From the NCBI GenBank assembly GCA_043228905.1, contig JBHGNT010000002.1, positions 24,366,001 through 24,430,000 of the forward strand: a stretch of 64,000 nucleotides of DNA, in the 5' to 3' direction. Shown one piece after another: positions 51,353 through 64,000 of the stretch. The translations under genes and the position numbers were made by a program. Below the pieces are notes generated by a model. It was given only the letters and a program-made list of their open reading frames with translations. It was not told the origin of the DNA and searched no databases. The stretch is from Azolla caroliniana (lineage: Eukaryota > Plantae > Polypodiophyta). How positions within the stretch are numbered: position 1 is the stretch's first letter; each line of letters starts with the position of its first letter.

Positions 51353-53121
51353 CCTTTACCTTGTTTCATTTTAAGGATATTATTATCTCTTTCCCAAGTC
51401 AATCTTCCTCTTCCTGTCTTTCTTTTTCCTTCCTGTTTGTGGGCCTTCTCTTCTTCTTCTTCTTCTTCCACCATATTGGCAATGAATCCAATGTGGGCCT
51501 TCTTTTGCAAAGGCTAATTTTCTCTGTATCATCATGACAACTCAAGGGAAGCAAAGAAATGGAAATGGCTTGACAAGGCTGCTTCTTTGTTCCTGGAGAG
51601 CTAGAATGTATGCAAAATGAAGAGCGAAATGATGGTGGCTAAACAATCTCAATCTGGATGATGGGTGAACCAACAACGTTGGAACAAACATAGGAACTTA
51701 GTTCTACACCTCTATATTGGAATGGATGAGAAACTCGTGCAGGTAATTCCATGACATTTCTGAATCTCCAACCTTAAGTCCATGTAGAGCTTATCTTGAG
51801 GTGTTAAGTTAGGATGTGATCAAACGATATTGGGCATCTTCCCCTGAGTTTTTGAAATGCAATAGTACAATACAATCTTGGTCCTAAATTCTTTCTAATC
51901 ACATACACATTTGGTCCTAAATTGTGGAAAAACTTCAACTATGTAGTTACACACTTGTGCCACCATAAGAAGCATCAAATAGACTTTTCGGTTGACAATC
52001 AAAGGGAGCTACATAAATTGTCTTGGTAGCTCCATGATTCTTCGCTCATTATACCTACAAATGGCTTCTTCCAACACCTTGGGTACACTACGCCCTCATG
52101 GAAATTCTTTATGCCAAATCATCAAACCCAAGGGCATAGTGGACGAAAAGTCTAACTAAGCCTTACAAAGGGTGCACTTTAGGAGATGCTTATGTGTATA
52201 CTTTGAATTAGGTTCTCACCTTGGGAAAAGGAGAACACTTCATTCTCTTTTGGGTGAGGTATTTATTGCAAAGGATTGGAAACGATGATTCACTTGTCAT
52301 GACATCTCCATCAATATCAAATTTTATCCATCAACTCAAGGTCAATCTTGGACATAAGTTTCCAAACATGCAACTTGGATAATCCTTCAAGTGCATGTTT
52401 AGTCCGTTTCCTATTAATTTATGAAGATGAAACTATCTTTTTTCCATAGGATCAGATCTTGGGCACTTTGGACCATTTGGATAACATGAAATCGTGTCAC
52501 ATTTGGTGAACCGCCTCAAGACAATTTCTATATGATTGCCTACCTATAGTAGGCAAAAATCTCTCTACAAACATGTCAATTTTATTTTCAATGCTTGAGT
52601 GTCAATATTTTGTATTTTTTTTATTGGTGATTTATTATTATTATATGGTTGTTTAATACTTTGGGAAGTTTAAAGTTTACATTGAGTAAAGATAAAGGTA
52701 AAAATCCTCGTAAAATACAACCAAGCCATAGATAACGATAAAAATCCTCGTAAAATATTGGACTAGTAAAGAAGTGGTATCTAGCAAGAACAATGGAGGC
52801 CATAACCTTGCTAGATATCACTTCTTACTTGGGTTTGGAGCGAACCACCCCAAGGTTACCATCTACATTTTCATCAGCAAGACAATTGAGAGTGGGTGCC
52901 AACCCCTTCCAAGCTACTAATTTATATGATAAATAATCAAACGAACTTTGATCCCTACCTATGACCTAATCACTTCACATCATTAATGATAAAACCAAAT
53001 CCAATAGAAACTTCGCCATATTTGAAGACACAGTAAATCACCAATACCATTAACATTCATTGTTCCACCTAAATAATATTAAAATACAAAGATTAGGCTT
53101 TAAGGGTTGAGATTGGAAAAG

Positions 53122-53168
<47 letters not shown>

Positions 53169-53294
53169 AGCTTCATATCTAGGGATTAGAGCGAGGAAGA
53201 ACCCTACAAAAAGTTTATAGTTTCACTTTTATAGTTGGTCTTTATTTAACATTATTACAATTATGTCTCTTTCAAACTTTATACCGATTAAAGT

Positions 53295-53327
<33 letters not shown>

Positions 53328-54349
53328 GTATATTAGTTATATATATTATCGTTTTCTCTATTGACGTATATTAGTAAAGTGTCTTTGTTGTATTCATGGA
53401 TTGTAGCACAACGTCGAAGTTGGGGTTTCTAGCAAATACTAAACTTCCCCCTTCACCATCTTTTACTATTATTATGTAAAGTGGGAGTTGTAGCATCTTT
53501 CAATATCCTTCTTGAATGTTTGGTTTTTACTCAGACATTGTTCTTGCAAGGTCCGTGCTCAAGGACATCATTGGTTGTGTTAAGCACCCACCGAACATAG
53601 CATACCCAACGAAGATATTGGTATCTCATTCTCTATATTGTTCAACATTCCTGAGGAGCCTCTAGTATATCCATGAACTATAGTGTAGGACGTGAGATAT
53701 TTGAAGAATCTTTACATACTCTTACCATATCCCATCCTAATACATTCTCTCTCTTACCATCACTTCTCATTATTCTCTTCGTGTCCCTTTTTGTCTCGCT
53801 TACTTCTAGTTGTCGAGCTCTCTTGAAGGATGCTTCCCTCACATAATATGACGCTCTTTCATTGACTCAATAGATATAGAATAAGACATGTAACCACATA
53901 TTGATTATACACATGGTTACACTTCTTTTAACCTAAGGTTCACGCCTCTTACATTTCAACCATTCTTTAACTACATTGGATCATGCTACATCCCCAAGTT
54001 CTTTCACCTTCATCTCTCTTTTAATACATGCCTTGGCTCTGGTTTTATACATTTGTTAAGCTAGGTCCTCCATGACGATGTAATGATGAGGAGACCCTTG
54101 GCAATTTGTCAAATTGCATGCCTTCTCTTGAATGTTAGAACTCTTGATTGACATGTAAGTAGTGCTCGATTCACTCCCTTGGTTTTATGCACGACAACTA
54201 ACTTCGTGAATGTTACATCCACTATTGATATAAGTTGGCGTGTAAATGGTTGTATCTTAAAGATACGATTTAACACACATAATAAATAGTAAGGTATTAA
54301 AGCAAACAACCACAACCTTACTGCAAGGCAATAATACTTTGTGTGTATC

Positions 54350-54820
54350 ATAAGCATGCTTCCCCAAGTTTTGAGCCACCAATTATGGATTCAATCCTTT
54401 ATAATCTCAACTTTAAATTTAAATCTCAATTCTAAGAGAAAGTCAAATACATGGCGGTTGATGCTTCCACATACTCTAAGAGGTCAATATGAGGCAATAA
54501 CTGGTGAGCCTGATGATGTGTTTCGTAATCAACAAACATTTTAGAGAAATGTAGACAAAAGCAGAAGGTCTTCACCTCTTTTGGGGAGAGCATAAAGTGG
54601 AGATATGCTCCATCGAGGTGCTTTTTAATACCCCCATTATGGAAGGATCCCAATAATAGATGTGTAAATGTAGTTGTGTGAGGGCTTTTGCTATTCGACA
54701 TGTTGGTTGATGTGGGTATGGTGGTTGTGTTTTCATGTATAAGTTCTTGGAGCCTTTAGGCATCTTTCCATTAATATCAAGGTGAATCTTCAAAATAAAA
54801 ATCTTGATTCTCAGGTCAAC
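54350..54820 (+). mobile_element. Possible CACTA transposase relic
   Basis: KSNTWRLMLPHTLRG resembles the TNP2 KSHD...LLP..LRG motif; heavily decayed. Confidence 0.35.
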
Positions 54821-55651
54821 TTGATCATGCAAAATCAAATCATCTACCTTAATAATTAGAGATACATGTTACATAATAGTTTGAAATGAGCATGGAAGTT
54901 GAGGTGTCACCCCACATATGTGGTTGTGTTGATGCTACTAACGTTGGGTTGACAAGCAGTCACATGACACATTGTGATAAAGAGGTGGGAAATCCAATTA
55001 TACGTTATAAAAGTGACCCCCCAACTTCAATGTCCGAGAGGAAAGCAATTTATTGGACTATTTGTAGATGGACATGCATTTAAAAGATGCCAATTAGGAT
55101 CCAACTCATGCCAACAAGTATCTGACTATGCCTTTTCATGTCAATGCATTGACTTTCAAATAATAGATCCATAATATGTGGATATCCAACGAATGTGAAC
55201 TAACAAGCCACTCACAAGAAGTGGAATGACCTATCAAAACAATGAAGTCAATGCAAAAAGAAAAATTTCTGACATGCACCAAATTTTTTGGGGCTACAAC
55301 ACTAACTTGGAATAAATGCACACAAACAAATCATCAATCATGATTCATACTCGAGGCAACAAGGTTTTCCTAATTAGTCGCGTGACCAATTGAGTCTTAC
55401 GAACCGCATTCTGGGACCACGATTTTTGTAATAACTTAGTTGCCTCAATGAGTTTATTCTAAAATCAATGAAAATTGGTTTTCCATGCAAATCAGGTATT
55501 GCCAACGGTTATGTACTTTTGTGGTGAAATAGAGAATCAATTTTAAATATTCATACCACAATATATCAACTTTCTACTAAATGTTCCATCACGTGCCTTG
55601 TAAACACCACAATCTAGTTTTAACTATTGAAAGTAACATCAACATTTATCT

Positions 55652-55920
55652 GACACTTCATTTTGAGCTTATTACCTGGTTCTTGGGTATAAAGGAGGGG
55701 CATTTCAAATGTTAATGTAAATAAGGCAACACTTCATTTTGAGCTTATTACTTGGTTCTTGGGTATAAAGGAGGGGCAATTGAAATGTTAATGTAAATAA
55801 GGCAACTACCTACCACGCCCTTGAAGTTCATCAAGTTACCTGGTTCTTGGGTATGAAGGAGGGGCAATTCAAATGTTCACGAATGTAAATAAGGCAACTA
55901 CCCGCCTTCCACACCCCTGA
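55652..55920. repeat. Three-unit tandem repeat
   Basis: TTACYTGGTTCTTGGGTATRAAGGAGGGGCA...AATGTAAATAAGGCAAC occurs three times. Confidence 0.85.
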
Positions 55921-55944
55921 ACTTCCCAACTTGATGCCATTATG

Positions 55945-56010
55945 AAATGTACACCTTGAACCCATGACATTCTCATCTTTAGTGGACAACCTGACCAACT
56001 AAGCTACATC
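55945..56010 (-). other. tRNA-derived (SINE-head-like) A/B-box sequence
   Basis: Minus strand TAGCTTAGTTGG...GTCATGGGTTCAAGG. Confidence 0.55.
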
Positions 56011-56133
56011 CACTCCTTATGTTTTTTCGTATCTCTATAAATTTTGATACTTATATCCCCATCATGGCCTAGGCCTCGTCCATCCCATAGATCGCAATCA
56101 ATCTCCCATGGATGTTGAATAGATCTCTCCCTA

Positions 56134-56134
<1 letters not shown>

Positions 56135-56228
<94 letters not shown>
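56135..56228. repeat. (CA)n microsatellite
   Basis: Pure CA run of about 94 bp. Confidence 0.97.
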
Positions 56229-56229
<1 letters not shown>

Positions 56230-57028
56230 CGTCCACCACTGTAACATAACTCTTCCATTACTTCTGATCAAGCATTGGTTCAAACACGGAACAAATCGTC
56301 TCCATCGACTCGCTTGGTGTTACCGTCCCTCTCATCCCCAAATCTCAGGGACAAAGGAACCATGTTACATGGTCCCCCGACGAGACGAACAGTAAAGACA
56401 TGGATGGAGTGTGTGCCAGTGGAGATGTACCGAGGGAAAGGAGAGAGATGTCCGGGCGGGGGGGGGGGGGGGCGCCCAAGTGTGAAACGGCGGGGGATGC
56501 TTTCAGCCATTAAACCTGCTTTGAGCTTTATTTAAAAAAAGGCTTTGATGGCGATGGCGATGGCGATGGCGATGGCGTGATGGTGGTGGGTCTCTGCTGC
56601 CTGCAGCTTCTTTGACAAAGTAAGAAAGACGAGAGAAGAAGAGAAAAAAAAAAAGAAGAAGAGAAGAAAAGGAAAAGGAGGGTTCACGATCCTAAAGACG
56701 AGAATGTAGGGTCAACAGGAAGGGAGCAGTGGGGGGGGTGGGGTGGAATAAGAAGGAAGGAAGGAATAAGATCCATGGCCGCAAGAGTTTGAGAGCAAGA
56801 CAATCCATGGCCGCTGCAGGTACGAGCTTTAAGTTGAAGAGGGAAAGGGCGTCAGGAGAAGAAGATAAGGGAAGATCCATAGCCTTTTAGAGAGTGAGCG
56901 CGAGTAAGAGGAGATAAGATTTCAAAGGCATCTCTGCATATGTTCGTTTACTGCACATACATACATACATACATACATATATGTATGTGCATGTATTTCT
57001 GTTATGCGCCATCGCCATCGCCATAGCC

Positions 57029-60000
57029 ATGCGAGCGTACAGTCGAAGGCGAGCAACAAGACGATATTTGTTTAGTTGCTTGCTGCCTCTTTGTTTTGCT
57101 CCTCTCTTCTTCCTCTTGCTCTGGAGTCCTCTCAACAGTCCACCAAAGGATTTCTCTCCCTTCCCGCCACAATCACAGCAACGTTCTTCTTCTTCTTCTT
57201 CTTCTTCTTCCTTTCCCTCCTCTTCTTCATCACTCTCAGATCCTCTGCTTTGTTTGCATCCCTCTCATTTTGGTATCTTTGGCCGATACATGAATTGCTT
57301 CCCTCGTGTCAGAGGGCTGTGCATTTCTCCGTCTCAGGTATGCCTGCATTCTTTGCTTGGTTTAAGCACTCTAACAGGATGAGATTTTATAGAATCTGTT
57401 TGCAATTGATAAATAGATAAGTTGATTGTATGATCAACCTTGGAGGTAAAAGTATGATTTATGTTACTCAAAGATCTTTTACGCTCTAGCATGGTCTACT
57501 GAATCTGCCAGCAAATTAATAGACAAATAAATTGATTGTATGATAGAAATATGAATCAAGATACACAAAGTAGCATTTTCCTGTTCAGCTATCTTTGAAA
57601 TTAAGACGCATATAGATCATTTGATCGTAATATTGTCCTCTCAGGTCAAAAATGAGATTTGGTACCGAAAAGAAACGTATTCCTGTGTAACATGGAAAAT
57701 CAAGCAATCAATCGACAATATTATCACCCTGGGAGGTCAAATATGAGAGACATTTTCGTGTGTGACATGTTCCTAAGAGAGCTGTTCTTAATTGAGAGAT
57801 AGGTAAATTTGTGCGATCATGTTCTGAGATGGAATTTGGTCTATGATACCTTAGAGAAAGACCATATTATCATCTCTTCAGAGGCCAAAGTGGTTGATGA
57901 TCACGCAGCATTCCTAGTGTTATCAATGGTGGTTTCGTCCTTGTTAGGGGTTCTAGAAAGCTAGTATAACCTTGTAAAAAATCTTAAAAATCATGCCCGA
58001 TGTCCTCCTATGCAAGGCATTCCAAAGGGACATGTTCTTGTTGTATGTTGATGCAACACAAGTCGCATCTTCTCAATATTCAGCTAGCCCTCAATTTCTA
58101 TTTTTAATGCGTGAATATGTGTGCATCAGTGTGACAGCACGAATCACTCATATCGGCATGGGTAGCCATCCTCAGTAATCTGCCAATGTTGAGTGTTCAT
58201 GCAGCATGTACTTTTAAACTCTTTGAAGGATGTGAAAGTAGATTGGCCTTCTTCCAGTTTCTAGAAGTATTAGAGAGTACGAGGGTGTACTCTTAATCCC
58301 TCTTAGCAGCATATAAATTTCTTTTGCATTTTCATGATTTCATTCCATAAGCTTGCTGAAATGCTTCTTCCCAAACTCAGATCCATTAAATAGATTTTGC
58401 ACCATGCACGCATCGAATACTATTGCTCTAATATTCCATCTTTGGGTTGTGTTTAAGTGGCACATGTTCTCAAATTCATAATATTGGGCTGTGCTGGCTT
58501 CTTTTCTTCTAGTTAGAAACATGTTTGAAGTGTGTTGGGTAGGTATGTCAACTCTGGGATATTTGTATCTATGCACCACTTCAATTTCCTCGTTTTAGAC
58601 AGAGGCATTTTTATATTTTTAGGTGAAAATCTGCGAGAATCCTTCAATTGGCTCTTCCAACAGTCCATCCATCTCAATACCAAAGGCATGTAACCATTAC
58701 AATGCAAAATCATGTGAAGTACCATCAATTATGCGATTTGATGGTGAACGGCTCACATGTCCTGTTGCATACTCTTCAAGTTGCTCTATACATGAATCAA
58801 AATGGATAAGTGGTTTGTCCATGGTGGCAGATCAGCGTTACCTTCCTTATGGAAGGCCAAACCCTCACCATGAGGCAGAAAAAATCATTCCAGCATTATT
58901 GATGCAGCAGAAGTTGAGGGAACTCCTTAACAGTACCTTATATTGGTTCTCATACCAACAGGATCTTTCAGAATGGGCTAGAGGATTTTTAAAAGCCACT
59001 GGTATGGATATCAGTGTCAAATTCATGCAGTTTCCCAAACAAGATGAAGAATCCATATGCTTTGAAGATGCAGTCATATTTTCTGGACCTACAAATCTAT
59101 GGTACATCCCAGATGTGACCTGGAACGAGTGGATTCGTCAACAAGTTTTGAAGTATTGCTCCATTCCCTCTGTAGGTAAAGTTGACCTTTTCTTTTTATG
59201 GATTAAAATTTCAACCGCATATTATGACTTTGTTTAAAGTTATGTCATTAAAGAAATTTTGTAATTGATCTCAGTTTTCCGCATGAATCTTTTAGTGGCT
59301 CTGTTATATTAAAAACACAGTTAAAACTCCAAATCTCCGTAACTGATGTCAGTTATAGATTTTGAAAGCCCCTTATACCCACAAACCTCCATCAAGACTA
59401 CAAACCACCAAAGCTGCAAATGTAAAAGCTCATTTCAGAAGGTTCAGTTTCCTCTTCTCTTCCTAATGCATTGGCAACCAATCTATGAAAGTATAGCTGT
59501 CGAAGAGCATACGTGGTTTTGAGATGGATGCCACTGATTCATTTTCACATAAACAATTATGAAGAACAAATAGCCTGATATAATTTCTTTATTATCTTCA
59601 TGGAAGAAATGGCAATATTGTACATGATCATATGGCATTTGCATGTGGTTACTGCCACAAAATAGAATGTGGATAGGAGGGAGAGCTTGCCTTCCGAAGT
59701 TGATTGTTTCTGTTAGACATGCACATTCCATGGGTGTGTGTGGTACATATCCATTCTCAGGCGATATGCATATGCCGCTATTAAGAAATCAAAACAATGG
59801 GAGTAGCAAAATTCTTTTGAATTTGTTGTCAATGCAAAGAACAAGTGCTGATTCAATTCTCATGCACATCATCTGTCAGGCTTAGTGATTTCAATTAATC
59901 AATTTTGTCAGGTATAATGTACCAAACAACTGTTTGCTGTTTGTGATTACATCATTGCAAGCTGGAGCTTTCACATAGATAAAACTTCTTGGCCAATGTT

Positions 60001-61790
60001 TCCCTTAATTTGAAATTTGTCCCTAAATCTGCAACCACAAGCTCTCATTTAATAACCTTGTTGGTGCATCTTTCCTTTCTCTGGGTATCCACAAACATCG
60101 GAATGGAAATATAATACCAAGAAACTTGGAAACTGCAAAGTCTGTAGCAACCAATTTAATTTGTCCGGTGTCCAATACCCAATGATCTACTACTGGATAT
60201 GTATTTCTCCTTGGTTTGCACATGGTGTTTTGGCTGTTAAAGAGTCAGCCAAAAGTCCTGGTTCTTCCACTATGGCAGCATATTCATACCTACTTCAGAA
60301 GAGGCAAGGAGTTGATTTTGCTTCATGGTGAAGAGTTGAATCACATGGAGATGCTGGTGGACTCATCTTAGTTCATTATAAATAAGCACACGTTTTCACT
60401 TCAATCATCTTATCATCACAAACATTCTGAATCATAACCTTAATAAGGTGGTTTTTCTCCATTCTTGTGAAAATATTTGTTCATAGCCAACGAAGCTTGA
60501 TATGCTGATCTTACATTGCTACATCATTTATAGTGATATTGTGATTTTTGTATCCAGCTTGTGATCATGGTTGTATCTGAAGTGTTTTCCTTGTCCTCTG
60601 TCACTGAAGTTTTGTTAAGCTTCAACAATTCATGCTAAAGCCCTAACCTGTTGGATGCTGACTTTTGATTGTCTTGTGTGTGCTGTTCTAGATATTGTAT
60701 ACTCACTGCTGGTATTACTAACATATTATCAGTTTGTTACTAACATAATTTGTGCTTTCTTCTTTCCTGCAGCAAAATGCCTCTTGGCCTTTGAAAACAG
60801 CAGCAATTCTTGACCGAGCAGGTCGTACACGCCACTTTGCAAATAAGCAGCTGGTAGTGTGTGCTTACTTTGCTTTGAAATTAGTTGTCAAAATACTTGT
60901 GACTTTTCTCAGGTTTTGTTTGAGGTTCTTGCAGGTAGCAAATTCAGTCGAAAAAGTGCTTAAAATCCCTGTTAGGCAGGCCTTTGGTGGAGTTGGGTCT
61001 TTCTGTGAGCAGGTAAAAAATATGATGAGTTGGTGAAAATGAATTTTATCTGCAGCTTCACGATATCAATGATGGGATTTGGAGATGTTCAAATTGCATT
61101 CTGCAATAATAATCACAAACAATACCTTGGGGTATGCTTAGAACTTCATGCTTAAGCCAAGAATGATCATGCAGGTTAAAGCTGTGGTCCAAGATGATAT
61201 TCTTATTGTTCCCCATGGGTCACAAAATACAAATCTCATTTTTGCTCGACCTGGGACAATTATAATTGAGGTCTCTTTCTCTCTACCACGTGGCTTTGCA
61301 TAGCATTTTTATGTAATATGATGTATGTGACTAAGTTCTCTTTTCTTGATTGGAACATTCATGTGCTAGTACTAGAATAGCCGGCTGTAACAGTGAAAGA
61401 GATGATTTATAATATTCTATTATATGTTTAGTATCTTGACAATCTACTTTTCTGAAATCTACTGTGATATCATCGATATGGGCAATATCTCTTATATTGT
61501 AACTACTGTGCTTTTGTGCTTTTTAGGTGTTTCCTTATCTATTCTACACCGATGCACTACGTAACTTGACACATGCAGGAGGGGTCCAGATGTTTGCAGT
61601 TCTGGGAAAACAGCCAAATAACTTTCTTATGTGGCTCTTCTCCTTGGTTGGGTGGGATCTATGTTACTTTCATATCAGATGGTGCAAGAACTATGCACGG
61701 CAACAACCCATTATTGTTGATATAGTAGAGTTCGAGAGAATATTGATTCAAATATCCCAAAGTTATACTCATCCTCCCTCTTTGCTATAG
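57029..61790 (+). CDS. Glycosyltransferase family 61 (DUF563)-like type II membrane protein
   Basis: Exons 57029-57337, 58623-59171, 60773-60853, 60935-61012, 61175-61270 and 61527-61790, all phase 0. N-terminal basic tail and TM helix; motifs PNPHHE, CFEDAV and PHGSQNTNLIFARPG...IEVFP. Confidence 0.85.
59650..60560 (+). mobile_element. Copia RT/RNase H relic in a GT61 intron
   Basis: STTGYVFLLG near 60185, followed by W..KSQ...SSTMAAY-like fragments; boundaries approximate. Confidence 0.55.
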
Positions 61791-62917
61791 TTAAATTCTT
61801 ATGGACACAAGTCTTATGAAAGTGATAATTACTTGCGGTTTTTGTAGCTTGTATTTGTACCGTTACTATGACATTTCATTTCAATCTTGTATTGCAGTTA
61901 TAAGACCAAACATTTTAAATGGGTTCCTGTCTCTCTCACTCTCTGTCATTCTAGATCATTCTCTAGGGAGATGAATGCAGCATGTGATGGATGTCTTGGA
62001 TAAACAAAGTGTTATGCATAAAGTTTATCGATGCAAGAAGAGGAAATCTATTCTTGATATGGATTGTCAATTCAAACGTTGGGAAGCCAAGGATAGACAA
62101 CATAATAAGGTGGACAAGCTACAAGCAAGATGGAGGGAGAGATGGTAGTGATGATGTATTATTGCCCTGTTTGAGTCAAATAAAATAGAACACCCTTGTG
62201 TATGGAGATCTTGTTGTCACTCATGTTCTGGTTGACGGAACTATGTATGTACATAAGCAGTACAATATTACTTGCATTACAATGTTTGAGCAAAATGTAA
62301 GGTTTTCATGGAATAAAATGGACGTGCAAAAGAAATAAAAGCCTTCAATGTAAACAACAGCCTCAAGATTTAGAAAGGTTAAAGACATCATTTATGAAGT
62401 ATGTAAGCTTTATATTGGTGTTCAATTCATCTATACATTCTAAGATAAAATGTTGCATGATTGCAGCTCGTTTTAAGCATTGAAATCTTTCTAATGGTTT
62501 TCCTTAGTCACTATCATTTTCTAAAGTTTTATCAAATAATGCATTCCATCTTCATTTATTTTTTACAATTTCAGTTCAGAGTGTTCAACTCATTTACGTT
62601 AAAAGATAAAGCATTTAATGATTGCAAAGGCAAACTTGAGCTTTCTAATGGTTTCCATAGTCACTGTAATTTGCTAATATTTTACCAAATACTTCATTCC
62701 AGATTGATTTAGTCTTACAATTTCATTTCAGTGAGGCCTAGTATTGCTGAGAAGCCTAATCTGACAAGTTTTTTATAATAACCATATTTCCAGATAAAAA
62801 ATAGTTCAATAGCATCATGGTACACATGTAATGGCTTGTTTTCTATTTACTCTGTCTGAATGTCGAGTACCAATACTCAATAGTCAAATCTCTTGCTGTC
62901 TAACTTCTGTACAATCA

Positions 62918-63376
62918 TTATGTCCTGAATGAGTGAGTAACATTTATTTGCTGTTTATCATAACGAGACAAGCAACATTGCATTTGTAGCTCCTTCAGCC
63001 TCTCAAGGTCAAACTTCTTTTCCCTCATTAGCTTTTTTTGTTTAGAAGAAAGCAATGTGCACATGAAATCTCGATATGACGGATCTCTATTGGTAATAAC
63101 AAAAAAGAAGAAGCCTACCCAAAGGCTACTCGAGGTAACGAAGAATGTGATAGGCTCCATAACATCCCAGGAAAGGTCCCAGAATGTGAGGCGGAAGAAG
63201 AGAGCTGATTGTGCTGCAAAAGCACCCAAGGATCCCCATAGCATATTTCGCACTTGTTGATGTGCAATTTTGTCTATCTCTGCTTTCTCCTTTTCAAGCC
63301 TTGCAAGCTCCTTTATTCTTGGATCATCATCATGAGCTAAAGGTAAGGGTATAGCCTTAGATAATAATTCAGCAAC
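62918..63376 (-). CDS. MCU: Mitochondrial calcium uniporter, last exon (5' exons not identified)
   Basis: Acceptor AG at 63377-63378. VAELLSKAIP...DDPR..EL..LE.EK..ID, two TM helices and the selectivity motif FWDLSWDVMEPITFF. Confidence 0.92.
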   Translation of the reverse strand, partial: VAELLSKAIPLPLAHDDDPRIKELARLEKEKAEIDKIAHQQVRNMLWGSLGAFAAQSALFFRLTFWDLSWDVMEPITFFVTSSSLWVGFFFFVITNRDPSYRDFMCTLLSSKQKKLMREKKFDLERLKELQMQCCLSRYDKQQINVTHSFRT

Positions 63377-64000
63377 CTATAAAACACAATATTAACTGAC
63401 ATATTTTAGACAGCAATCCAAGTAAAGAGCAACATTTAAAAGATACAAACTTCAAATTTTAGAGAAAAATCATGAGAAACCGGTGAAAGCTCAAAAATCA
63501 GACAATTTTTTAGTGTGGAATCTAGCAAATTTCCACTAACATTTAATAGCATTTGAAAGAAAACATGCATCGGAAGTGAGCTAAAAGAAAACATATTGAC
63601 ACTTGGTATACTCAGTCCTCTATGGTGTACATGGATTAGAAGTATGGAAAGAACTCCTCATGTTACTTCCCTAGATATCTAGACACACTTGCACTAATGT
63701 GTAATGCCCATGTTAAGAAATTTAATACCCTTAGTTGGAGAGAGGCAATGGCCAAGGGAAATAGGAACTCAATCTCTCATTTTCATAATCCAGCATCTGA
63801 TTGCATGCTTAGACAGAGGTTAAGGAGTCCAACCTCTTGTTTATTATTGAGCAATCATCACTCTTGAACCCATGTCAGATCCACTTTTAACAAGGGATTA
63901 AGCGCACAAATCAAGTTAGATAACAAGAACCATTTGATGACCACATTGCAAGCTAAATGCAAAATCAATCTAGCCAACGATACCCTGTTTGAGGGCCAAG

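Noticed and set aside
51353-51700. N-terminal extension or transit peptide for the PPR gene
   Set aside because: The upstream frames I read contain stops, and no splice model could be supported.
51700-52550. Possible gypsy integrase relic on the minus strand
   Set aside because: Too decayed to support with a clear motif.
56004-56258. ORF with (CV)n, and similar (RE)n ORFs at 15289, 21337 and 21929
   Set aside because: Translations of CA and GA microsatellites.

Overview
Eukaryotic, intron-rich land-plant nuclear DNA, most likely a fern or other non-seed vascular plant. That placement is inferred from the PLS-class PPR gene, the fungal-like chromovirus and the GA microsatellites. Genes in order: 3' part of HCF107, an EPFL4/5/6-like peptide, a histidine-phosphatase/PGM-family gene, a GC-rich intronless divergent AP2/ERF gene, an SF1/BBP-like KH-QUA2 gene, ARF1, a PLS-E PPR gene, a GT61 glycosyltransferase and the last exon of an MCU gene. 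Positions 16548-28312 hold a retrotransposon nest. A decayed Ty1/copia element carries two different minus-strand Ty3/gypsy elements, and one of these contains a solo LTR; all junctions resolve by target-site duplications (TSDs). The most unusual signal is that both gypsy families carry a tRNA-derived A-box/B-box (Pol III-type) cassette at the outer U3 end of the LTR, antisense to the element. One family also shows a Tf1-type self-priming PBS and a slippery site with a stem-loop. The other is a tRNA-Trp-primed gag-protease-only element. All calls were made by eye; no database searches were run.
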